Assembly (NCBI GenBank): GCA_964016885.1 | Contig: OZ024747.1 | Coordinates: 11,408,001-11,472,000 of the forward strand | Reading direction: 5' to 3' | DNA: 64,000 nucleotides | From: Eledone cirrhosa | Taxonomy: Eukaryota | Shown here: positions 62,619 through 64,000 of the stretch, piece by piece | Numbering within the stretch: the stretch's first letter is position 1 | Layout: each line of letters begins with the position of its first letter | Position numbers and translations under genes: made by a program | Notes under the pieces: model-generated | The model's database searches: none | The model's input: the letters and a program-made list of their open reading frames with translations, nothing else | What the model was told of the DNA's origin: nothing

Positions 62619-63272
62619 ATATATATCTATATATATCTATATATCCGGGAGAGATGACCCCTTAGCCTTTGTCAAGGCAGAATTCTAGGAGAAGGAAAAC
62701 TCTGATATAACACCTGCAACCCTGATGGTATCCAATGATGTTGACTTGTTCTTCTTTTTGGTAAATATCATCTTGGTTAAGAGAGTGGGACTGGCTTTGT
62801 GCAGTGCCTTTGCTCACTATAAAAGCTTCACGACACAGGCATTGCTTTATATCTGGAGATCTCTCTGCACTTGTCGTCACATGGTACCCTGGGCCCAGCA
62901 CTATGTGTCAATAATTGTCACAAGTGTAGTGTTTGTACCAGAGTTTTCAAGTCGCTGGCTGGATTAAAAAGTCACACTTGTTCAGCGCATCGGTAGGGGT
63001 TGTCCTACATGGATATAAAGTAGTGGCCGTACTCGAAAACGAGTTGGCAGCCACCATATATCTATATATATATATATACACACACACATACATATATACA
63101 CACATATACGGTACTCTACTGTATATTTAGGGTGAGGGTGAGGTAGTCATCTGTATATTGAGGGGAAGGGCTGAAGTAAAACTCCCCCATTCCCCTACCT
63201 ACACCCATTCCAAGTGAAATATTTCCATTATAGTTACAACTTTACTCTTTGTTTTGTTGTAGTGCTTGTGGG
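62374..63272. repeat. Inverted repeat with arms of about 205 bp (62374..62580 and 63063..63272)
   Basis: cccacaagcactac...agtaccgtatatgtgtg is mirrored with one mismatch seen in the unique part. Confidence 0.93.
62645..63055 (+). mobile_element. Short non-autonomous retroposon with C2H2 finger remnant
   Basis: Encodes CSVCTRVFKSLAGLKSHTCSAHR-stop near its 3' end; homolog at 22195; flanked by (TA)n. Confidence 0.55.
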
Positions 63273-63394
63273 TTTTTTTAAAATATATATATATATATAT
63301 ATATCAGACCAGAGTCAGGTTCGATCATTAATAGATCGTTCCCCGAGCAGATCAACAGTGAAACATATGTAATATGTAATTAAATATGTATTGG

Positions 63395-63740
63395 AGACAC
63401 ATGGCTTAGTGGTTAGAGCATTGGCCTTGCAATCGAAAGGTTGTGAGTTCAATTCTCAGACCTGGTGATGTGTTGTTTCCTTGAGCAAGACACTTTATTT
63501 CACATTGCTCCAGTTTACTCAGCTGTAGAAATGAGATGATAGGGACTGGGGTCCATATCATTCCACTGCAAAGTGGTCGTGGAGGTGCCACGGCTAAAAA
63601 AGCACCCAGCACTCACTGTAAATGAGGTTGGTGTTGGGAAGGGCACCCAGCTGTAGAAATCAAGCTAGAATCAGTTCCTGTCCCACCCTTGCGAGCATGG
63701 AAAAAGCGGACGTAAAATGATGATGATGATGATGATGATA
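63395..63740 (+). mobile_element. SINE family 2 copy
   Basis: Nearly identical to 31925..32265. Confidence 0.88.
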
Positions 63741-64000
63741 TGATGCAACACTGATTCTTTGTTCCCTTATATATTAATACTATATATATGTGTGTATATA
63801 TATATATGTATGTGTATATGTATGTGTGTATATTTAAATAATGAGCTTGCATGTGTGTGTGTGTGTGTGTATCATCATCATTTAACATCTATTTTCTCTG
63901 CTAGGGATTAAAATCTGTTGGTGCAACAACCAAACAGAAGTGGACACTGTGAAATAGACGGTAATCAATAGATAACATTTGTACAGTAAATATGTTTATT

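Overview
Repeat-rich, AT-rich, intron-containing eukaryotic DNA, probably a coleoid cephalopod (octopus-like; inferred only from the SINE/RTE repertoire and microsatellite load). It holds three protein-coding genes. (1) A complete six-exon DCAF10/WDR32 gene on the minus strand (19464..8928, 726 aa by my splice reconstruction). (2) Head-to-head with it, a KNDC1/very-KIND-like gene on the plus strand (ATG 23593) with two KIND domains, a 3-kb low-complexity exon and a frameshifted last visible exon beside a 200-N gap; no RasGEF part is visible. (3) The 3' part of a convergent minus-strand gene with AKAP2/MISP-like E-E-I-R..ERE motifs. Introns and intergenic DNA contain RTE LINEs (two families carry a PHD finger inside the RT), a CR1-like LINE, two tRNA-derived SINE families, MITEs and many satellites, which explain most long ORFs in the track. 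The most unusual signal is a set of small repeats folding as type I hammerhead ribozymes: one family has a U3-A8 core variant, another a conserved AGUC internal loop in an extended stem II. All structures and homologies were judged by eye and from memory of the families; repeat boundaries are approximate.
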